DNA of 64,000 nucleotides from Azolla caroliniana (GCA_043228905.1 JBHGNT010000014.1:7378001-7442000); one strand, 5' to 3'. Shown: positions 25,573-36,559, counted from the first letter of the stretch. Program-made: numbers and translations. Notes: a model not told the origin generated them from the sequence alone.

Positions 25573-28539
25573 CTATTCTTCGTCCAAAATGTCTAGAATG
25601 CTTTGTTTGAGAGGCTCCAATGGTTCATCTGGAAGTGGTTGTTGTTGTTGTTGCTGTTGCTGCTCTGTTGCTGTCTGCTGCGGCGGGTCCGTTGGTGGTT
25701 GCTGCGGCTGCTCCTCCGTTTGTGGCTCTGACACCGGCGTCTCCGTCGTTGCTCCCTGCATCGTAGTGGTCTCTGGTTGACTGGTTCCCGGCTGGCCCTC
25801 AGCTGGCGACGGTTCCTCATCACTAAGGTTAACCGTTGTCGCTTCCCGTGCTTTTTCTTCCCGTACCCGGGACCGTTCGTAGCTTTCAAACTGGATTTGA
25901 GCGTCCAGCCTATCATCGTCCAGCTTAACTACGAGCTGCTTGACCTACGCCAGTTGTTCATCTGCCAGGACTTGGAAGTCCTTGGCCAGCTCGTCCCGTA
26001 TGGCGGTGAAGTCCTCGGAAGTCAACGTATAACAGTCATCTCCTTCCTTCCGCCGGTTTGCCACATCCGCCCGTAGCAACTGGAGTTCCGCCGCGTTTTG
26101 TGCCCACTTTGTCCACCATTTTACGGAGCTTTCATCAATCAAGTGTTTCGTCTGATTCAGCCATGCCCGGAGGATGGACTGAATCCGGCTCGTTCCCAAT
26201 TGCGATTTGGTTTCCGCCGCTTGCCGTTCCTCCTTCAGTTGTTTGATGATTTTGACGTTGTCCTCCGCCTACGCCTTGTAATGCGTCAATTGCCTTTGAT
26301 ATGTACTTTGTAATTTCTGTAATACTGTTGACGCTCACTCTTTGTCTTCCTGCTGCTGCCTCTGGAGCTCCATCCAAACCTTCTCCGCCTCTTCCAAGCG
26401 TCTTGTATTTTCCGCCCGTTCGTCGACAATCGCCGTCGTGGCCCGATCAACTGCCTGTTGGAGCTCGGCCATCCGTTCTTTATGCTCCGTTTCCAGCCGT
26501 TTGTAGTCCCGGTGCAGGTGCTCAAAATCATCCGTCTTTTGCTTGAGCCGTGCGTTGATCTGACGACGGGCCCGGTCCTCGCGGTCCTTCTGCTGGCGGA
26601 GCTCTTCCTTTAGCCGTTCAATCTCTATTTCTGCCGTTTTCCCCAGCTTGTCCTTTTCCTGCAGCACTTTGTCTTTCTCCTCCTTTAGCCAGTCGTACGC
26701 TTGATGGCCTTTCCGGAGGCTCTCCTCTGCCCGGCGGAGGTTCTCAGCAGTCTTCTTTAATTCGGCTTCGGCCGCCGTCTTCAATTCTCGTTCACGGCTC
26801 CTTAGCGCTTCTTGTGCGGCAAGTTCCTCTCTCAATTCCGCAAGCTCCCGAGCTTGCGCCGCATCTCTCGCCGGAACTGTTTCCGTTGTCGGGGTCTTAT
26901 TGTTATGTACAGGTCGTTCCGTTTCATTATTCTGTACACTTACCGGAGTCACCGGTGATTGGATCCGTATTTTGGCCATCTCTGTCGTGACCTGATGCAA
27001 ATCTTTTTCAAGGCACCGGATTCTGGACCGGGCCGTCTCTAGTTGTTCAGTTGTGACAAGCAACCGTTCGCTTTGTGCTCTTTTTTCCACCTCTATATAC
27101 CCCACTGCTCCGGCTATCTGTTCGCCTATCCACTGGAGCCACAGGCTACCGGTGCCTTGTTGTGCTTGCACGGAGGTTTGATAGATGGGCTCACTTGTAG
27201 AGGGGTGGTCCTGCCTGGTTGCGCCGAGTTGCAGTTCCTTTTCTGCCCGTGGACCATCCTGTTATCCTGGTTCCCCTTGCGCTTCTTCTTGGCTGATCGA
27301 GGGAGGCTGCAGTGACCTTTCTGGCTCTGGCGGGATGGGACTTGCCGGTGGTGCCGGTGGTGCCGGGGCTTCTGTTTCCGGTGCCATCTGCACCAGTTCC
27401 GGTTCCTTCCTTGGCATAGGAGTCTCAGTATGGGGAGCCGGTGTTCCCTCCGTCTGAGGGTCCGAACGTTTCCCGGCTGTCTCAACGGTCCTTGCCGACG
27501 ACCGTCGCTGGAGGTGCTCCGTAGGCTCCTCCTCTATTTCCTCCTCCTGAGCTCCGGCATTGAGTTTTGCCGCCAAGGGGTCCACTTCTCGATTCACCGG
27601 TCGGCGGAGTGTGACCTTTACGGGCCGTGCCGGTGGTTCCTCCTGCTGCCACCTGTTCTGCATCCACCGCCTTTCCCTTACTGGCCTTAGAGGCCAACAG
27701 CTGTTGCCATTTGGAAGCCGTCCTTAGGGTGCTGTCCGGCACTCTTCCTCGCTTCTTGGGCTGGACGGTCTGAACGGGTGGCACCAGCAAGGTGAGCCAC
27801 TGCGTTACGGCGTGCCATATCCTTCGTCCATCTCGGCCTTCTTTGCCGCCTTTGCCTCTGACGATCTCGATCGCCGCACACAACCCAACCCGTCTGCAAT
27901 CAATACCGGCCAATCCACCTTGATCCCTTCATAGGTGGCGATGATCATCCCTGCCCGGTTTTGCGGCATGACAGGGGTTCTAGGGTATACGTGGCCGTAT
28001 TCATGGAGCACATGAGCAATTTCGCGGAACAACATATCTCCGCCACCCTGTGTCCAGTAGCCCTTGCTGGCTAGAGAGTACTCACCAAAATACCTGATGA
28101 GTTGCTCCGGGGTTGGATTGTCGATTGTGAGTATGCCTCCCTCCGGAAGGCCTGTTAACGCTCGAATCGCCTCTGCCGTTATGACCTCTGTATCGATTTC
28201 CTTGATCACTTTGTCGGCTTCTTTGTGTGGCGGTACTTCCATCATCATCAAGAAGCCCTCGAGCCCGTGTTGCTTCAGCCATGTCTTGGCGGCTTCCGAT
28301 AGCGTTTGTGGGTCCATCTCTGTGTCGGGGTCGGATTGCGGTGGCGAGGATGGATGGTGATGAGAGCGGGGTTGAGAAAGAGAGAGTTCAGAAGGCGGGG
28401 GTTCTCTGTGCGCAGGTTCTCGTCTGATGATCTTGTAGCGTTTCGGTGCTTCTGTGCTCCTGGGTTCGCGAAAGTAGAGGGTCTCTACGCACAATGGTTT
28501 TTGTCTGTGCATTCTGGCGCCTTTTTCGAGTTTGTGCAT
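25573..28539 (-). pseudogene. Frameshifted extra ORF 3' of integrase: globular N-terminal domain, Pro/Glu-rich linker, long coiled coil, poly-Q tail
   Basis: Overlapping ORFs 27805-28539, 27482-27913, 27262-27663, 26335-27171, 26135-26377, 25945-26199, 25573-25761, all on the coding strand. Confidence 0.7.
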
Positions 28540-28689
28540 GTCGCGTACTTAAAATAGCATTATGTCCTCTGGTGGCGCTTTAAATGCCCACTACGTACCT
28601 TTTCGCTCCACGCTCTTTCCTCCATTCATTCCTCGCTTTTGCATGATTGTTTTTTTTTTTTTCCAATTATTATTATTATTAGTGTGACG

Positions 28690-29317
28690 TCACATGTCCG
28701 TTGGTCCTCCCGGACCATTACCGGGCTCATTCTCTCCGGTTCCCGGCTTGCCGTCTTGGTGGTTGCCGTCGGTCCTTTGCTCAAACGGGTTCTTAGGCAT
28801 CGGTCCTCTATATGCCTTTAACCAGAATCCGTTGACCCATTTGCCCAGCACTTCGCCGGCAAGTGTCCCCAACTGGTAGGACCCATTATACTCCCGTGTT
28901 AGCCAATATGGTCCGGTCCATCTAAACCTTAGTTTACCCGGCATCTTGCCCATCCGGGGTTGGAATACTAACACCGGTTTGCCGATTGCGAACATTTTTT
29001 CGTTACCTTTCCTGTGCCGTCGACGAATGCTTTCCGTCGTCGTTGCTCCAATTCTAAATGTAAGATGCTGGCCAACCGTTGTTCCTCCAGCTCACACAGC
29101 GCTATCAACCTTATTGTCTCCGACTCCTTCTTGTTCAGCCGTTCTCGTAGCTGGATCCGTAAGCTAGGTACTTGAAATTCTACCGGCATGACCGCCTCGA
29201 GTCCGAATGCCAACCGGAACGGTGTTGTTCGGATGCTCGTTTTGTATGCCGTCCGGTATGCCCAAAGCGCGCTATGTAGCTTTGTGTCCCAATCCGTCCG
29301 GTTCTCGTTGACGATCT
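28690..29317 (-). pseudogene. Integrase C-terminal remnant (zinc finger and catalytic core deleted)
   Basis: AFGLEAVMPVEFQVPSLR and PGKLRFRWTGPY (GPY/F motif); core present only in the sister copy at 53790-54410. Confidence 0.85.
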
Positions 29318-31122
29318 TGCAGTAAGCAGAAATGTCGGCTTTGTACCGCCAGGCGTTTCCGTTCGTCCCGGTTCAGCTCTTCCGGAGGCAATCCTGTGCT
29401 CAGAAACTGGTGCATATTTGTGAGCCACTTGTCTTCCTGGGCCACTGTCTCATCTGCTGCCGTCTCCGTAGTGACTCGAAACAGCTCCGCATCCGGAAAC
29501 TCATCCGGTACTCCGTCACCCGTCTCTCCGAACTCCAATCGGCTTAAGTAATCTGCTACGGCATGCTGTATACCGGGTCGGTGGAATATTTCAAACTCGA
29601 ACTCCTGTAACAATAAGGTCCACCGGGCCAATTTGCCGATGAGTGACGCCTTGGACACTAGGTAAAGGAGTGCCGAATGATCTACATGGAAGGAAAACTT
29701 CCTTCCCAATAAATAGTGCCGAAACTTTGTCACACTGTAGATCATTCCTAGAGCTTCCCGTTCCGTAGTAGAGTAGTTTCGTTCTGCTTGGGATAGCTTC
29801 CGGCTGGCATAGTACACTGGCCGGTACCACTTTGGTTCCGTAAGCTGCATCAGTACGCTTCCGATTGCGATATCGGAGGCGTCCACGAACACGTGAAATT
29901 CTTTACTCCAATTTGGAGTTTGTACTACCGGTGCCTGCGACAATAGTACCTTGAGGGCCTTATACGCCCTATCCTCAGTATCGGTCCATTGGAATGGTGT
30001 CCGATGTACGGCGGCATGCAACGGTGTAGCCAGGTCGGCCAAGTATCGGAGCACCCGACTGTGCCACCGGATCTGGCCTAAGAACCGGCTTAATGCCTTT
30101 GCTGTTGCCGGCGCCGGTGCTTCTAATATGGCTTTCACTTTGTCCGGGTCGACTGCAATACCTTCTTGGCTCACGATATGTCCTAATAAAGTTCCACTGG
30201 ACACGCCAAATACACACTTTGCCGGATTCAAGCTTAGCCGATACGCTCTACACTTTTCTAGACAAAGACGGAGGTGCTGAAAATGGTCCTCCTCCCGGCT
30301 ATAGACGGCGAAATCGTCAAGGAAAACCTGCATAAAAGCCGGTATATATTCACCAAAGATTTCCATGATGATTCTTTGAAACGTTGCCGGTGTCGTTTTG
30401 AGTCCGAACATCATCACCACGGCCACAAACACCCCCCATTCGGTGACGAATGTTGTTTTCTCTTGGTCGTCGGGGTGCATCCGGATCTGATTATACCCGC
30501 TGAATCCGTCTAGGAAGCTATAGACCTCATGGCCGGCGACGGCATCCAACACTCCATCTGTGAACGGAAGTGGAAACGCATCCGTTACCGTAGCCGCATT
30601 GAGTTTCCGGTAGTCCACGCAAACTCGAATTTTTCCGTTCTTCTTCGGTACGACTACGATCGGGCTCAGCCATGTGGCTTTCTTTACCGGACAGATAAAG
30701 CCAACTCTTAGCAGTTTGTCGATTTCTTCCTTGACCTTGGTAGCATAATTGGGATTCATCCGGTACCTTCTTTGTGCCACTGGTTTTGCGTCCTTGCTCA
30801 AGTGTACTTGATGCTGGTATAACTGAGGGTCGAGTCCTCGCATATCTTCGTATGACCAAACGAACACATCCCGGAATTCCGTGAGAAGTGTTATCATCGC
30901 CGTTTTGTCTTCGGACTTCATCTCCTTGGCGATGTGCACCGGTTTTGCTTCGTCCGTGGTGCCTAAATTCACCTCTTCCAGTTGCGATGCTTTTACGCAT
31001 TGTGAAACGGCCATTTCCCGTTCCAACGCTTCCTGCGCTTGCCGTAACTCCCGGATTGCGTCTTTATCTGGTTCTGCTTCCGCCTCTTCCGGTTGCGGTA
31101 AATACGGCTTCGGTAATGTCAA
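29272..31122 (-). CDS. pol: Gypsy reverse transcriptase and RNase H
   Basis: CVDYRKLN, FLDGFSGYNQI, MMFGLK, FLDD; RNase H VDAS, EREAL, VDH, VADYLSR; open for 616 aa. Confidence 0.93.
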   Translation of the reverse strand: MTLPKPYLPQPEEAEAEPDKDAIRELRQAQEALEREMAVSQCVKASQLEEVNLGTTDEAKPVHIAKEMKSEDKTAMITLLTEFRDVFVWSYEDMRGLDPQLYQHQVHLSKDAKPVAQRRYRMNPNYATKVKEEIDKLLRVGFICPVKKATWLSPIVVVPKKNGKIRVCVDYRKLNAATVTDAFPLPFTDGVLDAVAGHEVYSFLDGFSGYNQIRMHPDDQEKTTFVTEWGVFVAVVMMFGLKTTPATFQRIIMEIFGEYIPAFMQVFLDDFAVYSREEDHFQHLRLCLEKCRAYRLSLNPAKCVFGVSSGTLLGHIVSQEGIAVDPDKVKAILEAPAPATAKALSRFLGQIRWHSRVLRYLADLATPLHAAVHRTPFQWTDTEDRAYKALKVLLSQAPVVQTPNWSKEFHVFVDASDIAIGSVLMQLTEPKWYRPVYYASRKLSQAERNYSTTEREALGMIYSVTKFRHYLLGRKFSFHVDHSALLYLVSKASLIGKLARWTLLLQEFEFEIFHRPGIQHAVADYLSRLEFGETGDGVPDEFPDAELFRVTTETAADETVAQEDKWLTNMHQFLSTGLPPEELNRDERKRLAVQSRHFCLLQDRQREPDGLGHKAT

Positions 31123-32551
31123 TTTCGAAGAGGGGTATGATCTTCGGGTTTTCCTGCAGGTATTGAGCTTCTTCTTCGTCTGCTAACCCTTCTAGCATGT
31201 TGACGCATTCCGCATACAACGGTGTACATTCCTTGCCAGTGCTCGTCCTTGGCTGTGTTGGTACCCGTACCTTGGCTTTTCCTCGCCGGAAGGTAATTAT
31301 ATTTTTTCGCCAATTTTGTTTGATATGTGCCGTTTTCAACCATGGCCGCCCCAGCAATAGCGGGTATGCGCCTTGTGCCTGTAATTGTAGCACTACGGCC
31401 GAGATGTGAAATGTATGCCCGCCGACGGTGACTTCTAATTTCCGTATTAATCCTGTCGGCCGCACTGAGCTTGTATCGGCCATCCGCAACCAGAACAGAC
31501 ACGGCTCCCACTCGTGGATTCCTAGGTCCTCACACGTCCGGAGGCTTATTACATTTACCCCAGAGCCTCCGTCTATAACTGTGCCGGGGAGTTCTTTCCC
31601 TTTTACAATGGCAGTGATTACCGGACTGCTGGTGTCTACCACTGTTGGTCCCTCCTCTGGATTCGAGAAGAGTACCGGTGCCAGTGATGGTTCTCCTGCC
31701 GTCATGGCCGTCTTCAGTCCTTCCGTGAATCTTGGCATGAGTTGTAGGAGTCTTCCTAGTGGTAACGTAATCTGGCATTCTTGCAATGCCTGCCATGTCT
31801 CATTCTCGGAGTGACTACCGCCGGCAAGCCCTGCAGTGTTCTCCTTTTGCTGTTGTAAGTCTGTGACATTCTGCTCGTTTGCTTTCTTTACCCATTCCGT
31901 TGCTTGTTTCCGGATGGTCTCCTGTGTTTCCCATTCTTTGGCCATGCCCTTCGACCTTGTGGTCACCTGCTGCAGGTCTGCCACCTCAGGGACTACCATA
32001 TTTACCGCCGGTCGTTTTTCATAGCTCTTCACCGGGCATTGGTTACTATAATGGCCTTCCTGTCTGCAGTAGTAGCAGTAGGCTTTCCGGGCATTGCTAG
32101 ATTCGGCATTGTCTGTTGTGCCCGGGGCAGGTCCTACGGTACGCGCAGGGTTTTGTACCGGTTGGCTACTTGGAGCTCCTTGTTCCAGATCCTGGGGGTA
32201 GCCGCCTTTTTTAAAATGCCGTTTTTTGTTATAGCTTTTCTTATTACGGTACTCTTGACGGGGTTGCCTGTTATATCTGCCGTATTCCTCCCGTTGCTGA
32301 CGATACCCGGGGGAGTGCTCCCGGTCGTACTGTTCGTATCGTCTATTGTAATCCTGGTACCGATCATGTCGGTCATAATTATCTCGCCGATCACCGTACC
32401 GGACATCATTTTCCCGTTGATCGCCATACCGGACATCATTTTCCCGTTGCTCACCATACCGAACCTCATTTTCCCGTCGCTCGCCATACCGGACATCATT
32501 TTCCCGTCGCTCGCCATACCGGACATCCTGTGCCGGTCGGTCACGGTCCAT
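31064..32551 (-). CDS. Gag C-terminal region (repeats, CCHC knuckle) and aspartic protease
   Basis: CYYCRQEGHYSNQC; VIDGGSGVNVI and LLLGRPWL protease motifs. Confidence 0.9.
   Translation of the reverse strand: MDRDRPAQDVRYGERRENDVRYGERRENEVRYGEQRENDVRYGDQRENDVRYGDRRDNYDRHDRYQDYNRRYEQYDREHSPGYRQQREEYGRYNRQPRQEYRNKKSYNKKRHFKKGGYPQDLEQGAPSSQPVQNPARTVGPAPGTTDNAESSNARKAYCYYCRQEGHYSNQCPVKSYEKRPAVNMVVPEVADLQQVTTRSKGMAKEWETQETIRKQATEWVKKANEQNVTDLQQQKENTAGLAGGSHSENETWQALQECQITLPLGRLLQLMPRFTEGLKTAMTAGEPSLAPVLFSNPEEGPTVVDTSSPVITAIVKGKELPGTVIDGGSGVNVISLRTCEDLGIHEWEPCLFWLRMADTSSVRPTGLIRKLEVTVGGHTFHISAVVLQLQAQGAYPLLLGRPWLKTAHIKQNWRKNIITFRRGKAKVRVPTQPRTSTGKECTPLYAECVNMLEGLADEEEAQYLQENPKIIPLFEIDITEAVFTATGRGGSRTR
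32379..32528 (-). repeat. Five 30-bp coding repeats (ENDVRYGERR-like)
   Basis: Unit GCTCGCCATACCGGACATCATTTTCCCGTC with variants. Confidence 0.9.
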
Positions 32552-32557
32552 TCGCCG

Positions 32558-33679
32558 CTAGCGTTCGTCTTCTTCATCCCGGTTGCTGCGTGGCTCAATT
32601 TGTCGGACGAGCGGTGCTTGCCGAGTCAACAGATTATACTCGCACCTATCCGTCGTATGGCTCTTGGATTGACAGATTACACATTGCGTCCTCATAGTGC
32701 ATTCTAGAGCCGAGTGTCCGGAATTCAAGCAGGTTGTGCACTGTATTGCTTGCCGAAACTGGAGGTCTTCATCGGACGGTAACGCCCGTTGAAGTGCGCC
32801 CAGTGTGAGCCAGGAGCTTGTCTTTTCCATCTCTTTCACCCGGTCAATGACCTGGTCGATGGTACTTGTGCGGAAATCGATTACCGTGCAAACCGTGCGT
32901 AGGGGTTCCCGGAGCACGTTTAGGAATATCGTCCGTAATTCCTCCTCCGGGGGTGCACGAGTAAGCTGACTATGCATCCGTTGAAACCGGATGACAAATT
33001 GGGGAATGCTCTCCCCTACCCCTTGCCGGATGGTATAAAATAAGCTTACCATTACGGTCTGGTCCACCTCCTTTTGAAAAAAATGCATGAATTTAGCTTT
33101 TAAATCTGCAAAGGTGTTGATGGTAGACGGGTCCTGCGTCCGGCGCCATCTTGCTGCCGGTCCCTCCAATGTGACGCCAAACTCTGCTATCTTAGAGCGT
33201 TCTTCTTCCTCCGGTGTCAGTCGCTGGGACACATGGTTGGCTTCCCATGTCTGTTCAAAGGCGTGCACATGAGCTTCCGCGTCCGGATCATCTCTATACT
33301 TGGAGTACTGGAACGGCATGTCGTCGTTCGGTATCGGTGCGCGGGCTGGTAGTGTTGGTGCTCGTTCCGGAATTTTCTCCGGTGTCGGTGGTCTTTCCCG
33401 ATTTGATTCCGATGTCGGTTGTTTCTCTTCCTTTGGTGACGAAGGCCTCTCCTCTTCGACTTCCGGTGTCGGAGGTCGTTCTTCTTCTGCTGGTTCCGGG
33501 GGTTCTAGCGTTAGCACTTCCGGTTCCGGTTCCGGTGTTGGTAAGGTATCCGATCCTTCGTCCTCCGGTCCACCCGGGGTTTCGTTGCTGCTACGGTAGT
33601 TCGTGTGCACGCTGTATTCCCCTTCAGAGTCCGATTCATATGCTGAAAAGGCCTCTGCTTCGCCTTCTCCATTTGCCAA
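32558..33679 (-). CDS. gag: Gypsy gag (acidic/Pro-rich leader, capsid domain, two CCHC knuckles)
   Basis: LEGPAARW, IRQGVGESIPQFVIRF, CTTCLNSGHSALEC, CVICQSKSHTTDRC. Confidence 0.9.
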   Translation of the reverse strand: MANGEGEAEAFSAYESDSEGEYSVHTNYRSSNETPGGPEDEGSDTLPTPEPEPEVLTLEPPEPAEEERPPTPEVEEERPSSPKEEKQPTSESNRERPPTPEKIPERAPTLPARAPIPNDDMPFQYSKYRDDPDAEAHVHAFEQTWEANHVSQRLTPEEEERSKIAEFGVTLEGPAARWRRTQDPSTINTFADLKAKFMHFFQKEVDQTVMVSLFYTIRQGVGESIPQFVIRFQRMHSQLTRAPPEEELRTIFLNVLREPLRTVCTVIDFRTSTIDQVIDRVKEMEKTSSWLTLGALQRALPSDEDLQFRQAIQCTTCLNSGHSALECTMRTQCVICQSKSHTTDRCEYNLLTRQAPLVRQIEPRSNRDEEDER

Positions 33680-33943
33680 CGTGTGGAGAAGGGATTCAGT
33701 TTCCCGGAGGCTGCTTAGGCTGTTGCCGTCGTCCGGGTGCGATGTTTGCTGTAACCAGGGAGTCCTCCGCTACTCTCCGGATTACGTTGGAAAACGAGCG
33801 ATCCGCTCTAATTTCCTGCGCCGCTTGCTGGAAAGCCTCGCGTCTCCTTTGCCTTTCAGCAAGGCGTCGAGTTCGATCTGTAACCAGGTCATGCGTTGAT
33901 CTAGACATCCATCCGTGCCGTCGTTCGCTGCAAAAACAGGAAT

Positions 33944-33954
33944 CGTGGTCGCCA
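33944..33954 (-). promoter_or_regulatory. PBS, tRNA-Arg(UCG)-like
   Basis: TGGCGACCACG on the coding strand, 7 nt downstream of the 5' LTR. Confidence 0.65.
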
Positions 33955-33961
33955 AAAACTG

Positions 33962-34394
33962 TGTTAACTCTTCGGGCCGGACAATGGCCTAACACAGGGT
34001 GTCTACGGGAGACACTTCACCAAAGGGTGTTACGGCAACCGGATTAGACTTCAACGCTTAATCCGACTTAATCAAGTTACTTATTAGAATCGTCTTCATA
34101 ACACGCGTAAGATATAACAATTAAGACAAAACGGCAATTAACACAAAGATATAACAACGCTTAAGCTTTCATTAATTAACCGCTAACTATTACATTGTAT
34201 CCGGGCCTTTAAATAGGTTTCCGGTCTGTATTACAAAACGGTGCCATCTGCACTTGTTCGGGATCGGTCCGGATCCAGAACGGCATACCGATTCCGGTCC
34301 GTCCGTCCACACTCATAGCTTAATTACAACCACATTTCTACTACTTAATTAGCTCTCCGTTTCCCACTCTGGACTCCTTTGCCGGCCGGTAAGA
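33962..34394 (-). repeat. 5' LTR of young gypsy
   Basis: Near identical to 25084-25518; terminal ACA mutated to AGA on +. Confidence 0.95.
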
Positions 34395-35170
34395 ATTATT
34401 ACCGACACCCTTTTCCTTCTTAAAATGTTGATAGTCCTTCTGGAAGTGTCCAGGCTTTCCACAATAATTATTACCTTTGGACTTGGATCAGGCATGGGAT
34501 TTTTTCCTCGATGGACTCCTTTGTCGGTTCCTTCCCCTGCCGGTGTGTTGAGTCAAGTTTGACTCTAACTCGACTAGGACACCCTTGTCCTTCCTTCTGG
34601 TCTCCTCGTTCAAGATACTTGTCTTTACCACTTCTAAGACGAGTTCTCTTCCTAACACGAGGTGCTGAGAGTCACCACTAGATTCTCGCAGTTGTCTTGT
34701 AGGGTGCACAGTAGTAGGATGGCTTGGATTGAATCGTCAAGGGAAAACTTGGTTGCAGCAACTTGATTTACATACCCCATGAATGTGCTAATGTGTTCAA
34801 CGATGCTCTCACTGTCTCTATATTTCAGCAGTACGATCTTTCTCATCGGTGAGGTTTTATTAAGGGCGTTCTTCCTCTCATATAGACCTGATATCTTCTA
34901 CCACATCTCATGGGCATTTGTGTCGTTTGCCACATGTTGAAGGACACATACATCGACGCACTGTCCTTTCTGTTAAGAAGTTTCCAATCCGACTCTAATA
35001 CCCCTGTCGGTATTTCTACTCTATCGATTAGGTCGCACATGTCTTTGACTATGAGAAGGTTCCCCATCTTTATATTCCAGTTAGCATAGTTCTGTGAATT
35101 TAAAACTATCATACCTGGGAAACCGCTCACACCTCCTTCCATGCTTCCACCTCAAGCTCTAATACCACTT

Positions 35171-35801
35171 TGTTGAGAAACGAATCGTTAATCCACAAGC
35201 AAGAATACGCTGAAATACTTAACTCAGAAACATAGTAAAACAGTAAAGATCACAAACTCTTATGTGCACACGGTTTACGTGGAAACCCTAAATGTGGAAA
35301 ACCACGAGAACAGAGATTGGACTATATCGAGAATGTACAAGCCATTATAAGGTTACAACACTCTTTCTACGGAGTGTAACAACCTCACAGGACTCTTGGC
35401 ATTCAAAGCTTCCTAGCTAAGGCGCCGCTTGTGCTCACAATTTTCTCTAGAGCTCTCACTTCACTATTCTCTGTACATACAGTATTCTGTTCTACACATT
35501 CTCATGTTTGCCCTAGGTGTATTTATACTACAATCATGGCCATTAATAATAATAATAATAATAATAATCTTACTAATCAACCGACTCATTCGTCAACTGT
35601 CTGGTTGGTACGAGTAGTCGGCCTGGTCATCGACCATCCGGTCAGCCCAAGTAGTCGGTCGTGTCTTCAACCTCGATCAACTCTCCATGTCGACTCCTCA
35701 ATTGTTGGCTCTCATCGAACCAGTCGGCTACTCCCTTGTCTTCGACTATTAGCTCTCTCCGAGTAGTCGGCTCCTCCCACTAGAGGGACAAATTCCTAAC
35801 A
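35171..35801 (-). repeat. 5' LTR of level-3 copia
   Basis: Paired with 15235-15903; adjacent Met PBS. Confidence 0.92.
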
Positions 35802-35987
35802 ATATATGCGGCCGCCTTCAGATGCAACACATCCCAAGTCGCTGCATCAATCTTGCCTAGTCCTTTATCTCCGTACTGCACCTGCACAGGCAACCAGAGG
35901 TCTTTGCACACGAGCATGTCTCTCATATTTGATTTCCACACTAAGTACATGCGGCCGAATGAATCTTGTATCACTTTGGTACCACTT

Positions 35988-36559
35988 TGTTAAGAATCGA
36001 CCAGCCACAACCGGTTTCACTTTCGTGTTCGGGTGCAAAGAATCGGTATAGACAATGAACAAACAGAAAACGTGAAGATAGAAAGACAAGTATAGAGACA
36101 CTGAGTTTAACGTGGAAAAATTGAAAGGGAAAAACCACGGGGATCAACAAACCCCGAAAAATAGAATCATTAATAATGAGGAGAAGTACAAATAAGAAGC
36201 TCGGAGGCAACGACCTCGAGATCTTCTTCGTCTAACAAATGACTAGTGAGTTAGTACTCTCTCTCTCACTCTCACAATTAGAGAGGCAACCCCCTCACAC
36301 GTAACTATACAACAAAGATTAACTACTACTACTCTATAAAGTTTGCCCTTGTTGCTTATATAGTAAAACAACTTTCAGGCTATTTACAAATATAGCCCAC
36401 AAGGGACACATTCAAACTATTTACAATTATAGTATTCCAAATCAACTATTCAATCTATTTCGGTTTTCGATTTCGATCCTCGGCCTCGGCCCAAATACTC
36501 ATTCACTCCAACCGATTCAATTCCTTCTCTTCCCATCTAGATAGACATGTTTTCCAACA
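35988..36559 (-). repeat. 5' LTR of level-2 copia
   Basis: Paired with 10902-11465; adjacent degenerate PBS. Confidence 0.92.

Larger units (their letters stand above)
25084..34394 (-). mobile_element. Young non-chromoviral Ty3/gypsy (Athila/Tat-like RT, no extra archaeal RNase H seen), TSD ATTAT
   Basis: LTRs 25084-25518 and 33962-34394 differ by about 10 substitutions and one 2-bp indel by eye; ATTAT at 25079-25083 and 34395-34399; gag-PR-RT-RH-INT-extra ORF all on - strand. Confidence 0.95.
15235..35801 (-). mobile_element. Full-length degenerate copia (nest level 3), TSD ATATA
   Basis: LTRs 15235-15903 and 35171-35801; ATATA at 15230-15234 and 35802-35806; PBS TGGTATTAGAGC 35156-35167; gag 34400-35142; PR/INT 23916-25078; RT/RNase H 15904-17500. 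Confidence 0.93.
10902..36559 (-). mobile_element. Full-length degenerate copia (nest level 2), TSD GTATA/TTATA
   Basis: Matching LTRs 10902-11465 and 35988-36559; PPT 11466-11475; degenerate Met PBS ~35973-35984; gag 35807-35960 and 14887-15229; PR 14402-14746; INT 13326-13970; RT/RNase H 11495-12900. Confidence 0.92.

Noticed and set aside
31064-31122. Programmed frameshift between protease and RT
   Set aside because: Both copies shift near EAV|PY but into different frames (+1 versus -1), no slippery heptamer is visible, and small deletions explain both
32552-32560. In-frame TAG between gag and the downstream ORF as programmed readthrough
   Set aside because: The sister copy has TGG here and its own TGA two codons later where this copy has CGA; these are independent transition mutations
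31904-32707. 267-aa hydrophobic + strand ORF (and 33214-34047)
   Set aside because: Antisense shadows of the repetitive, GC-rich gag; no recognisable motif
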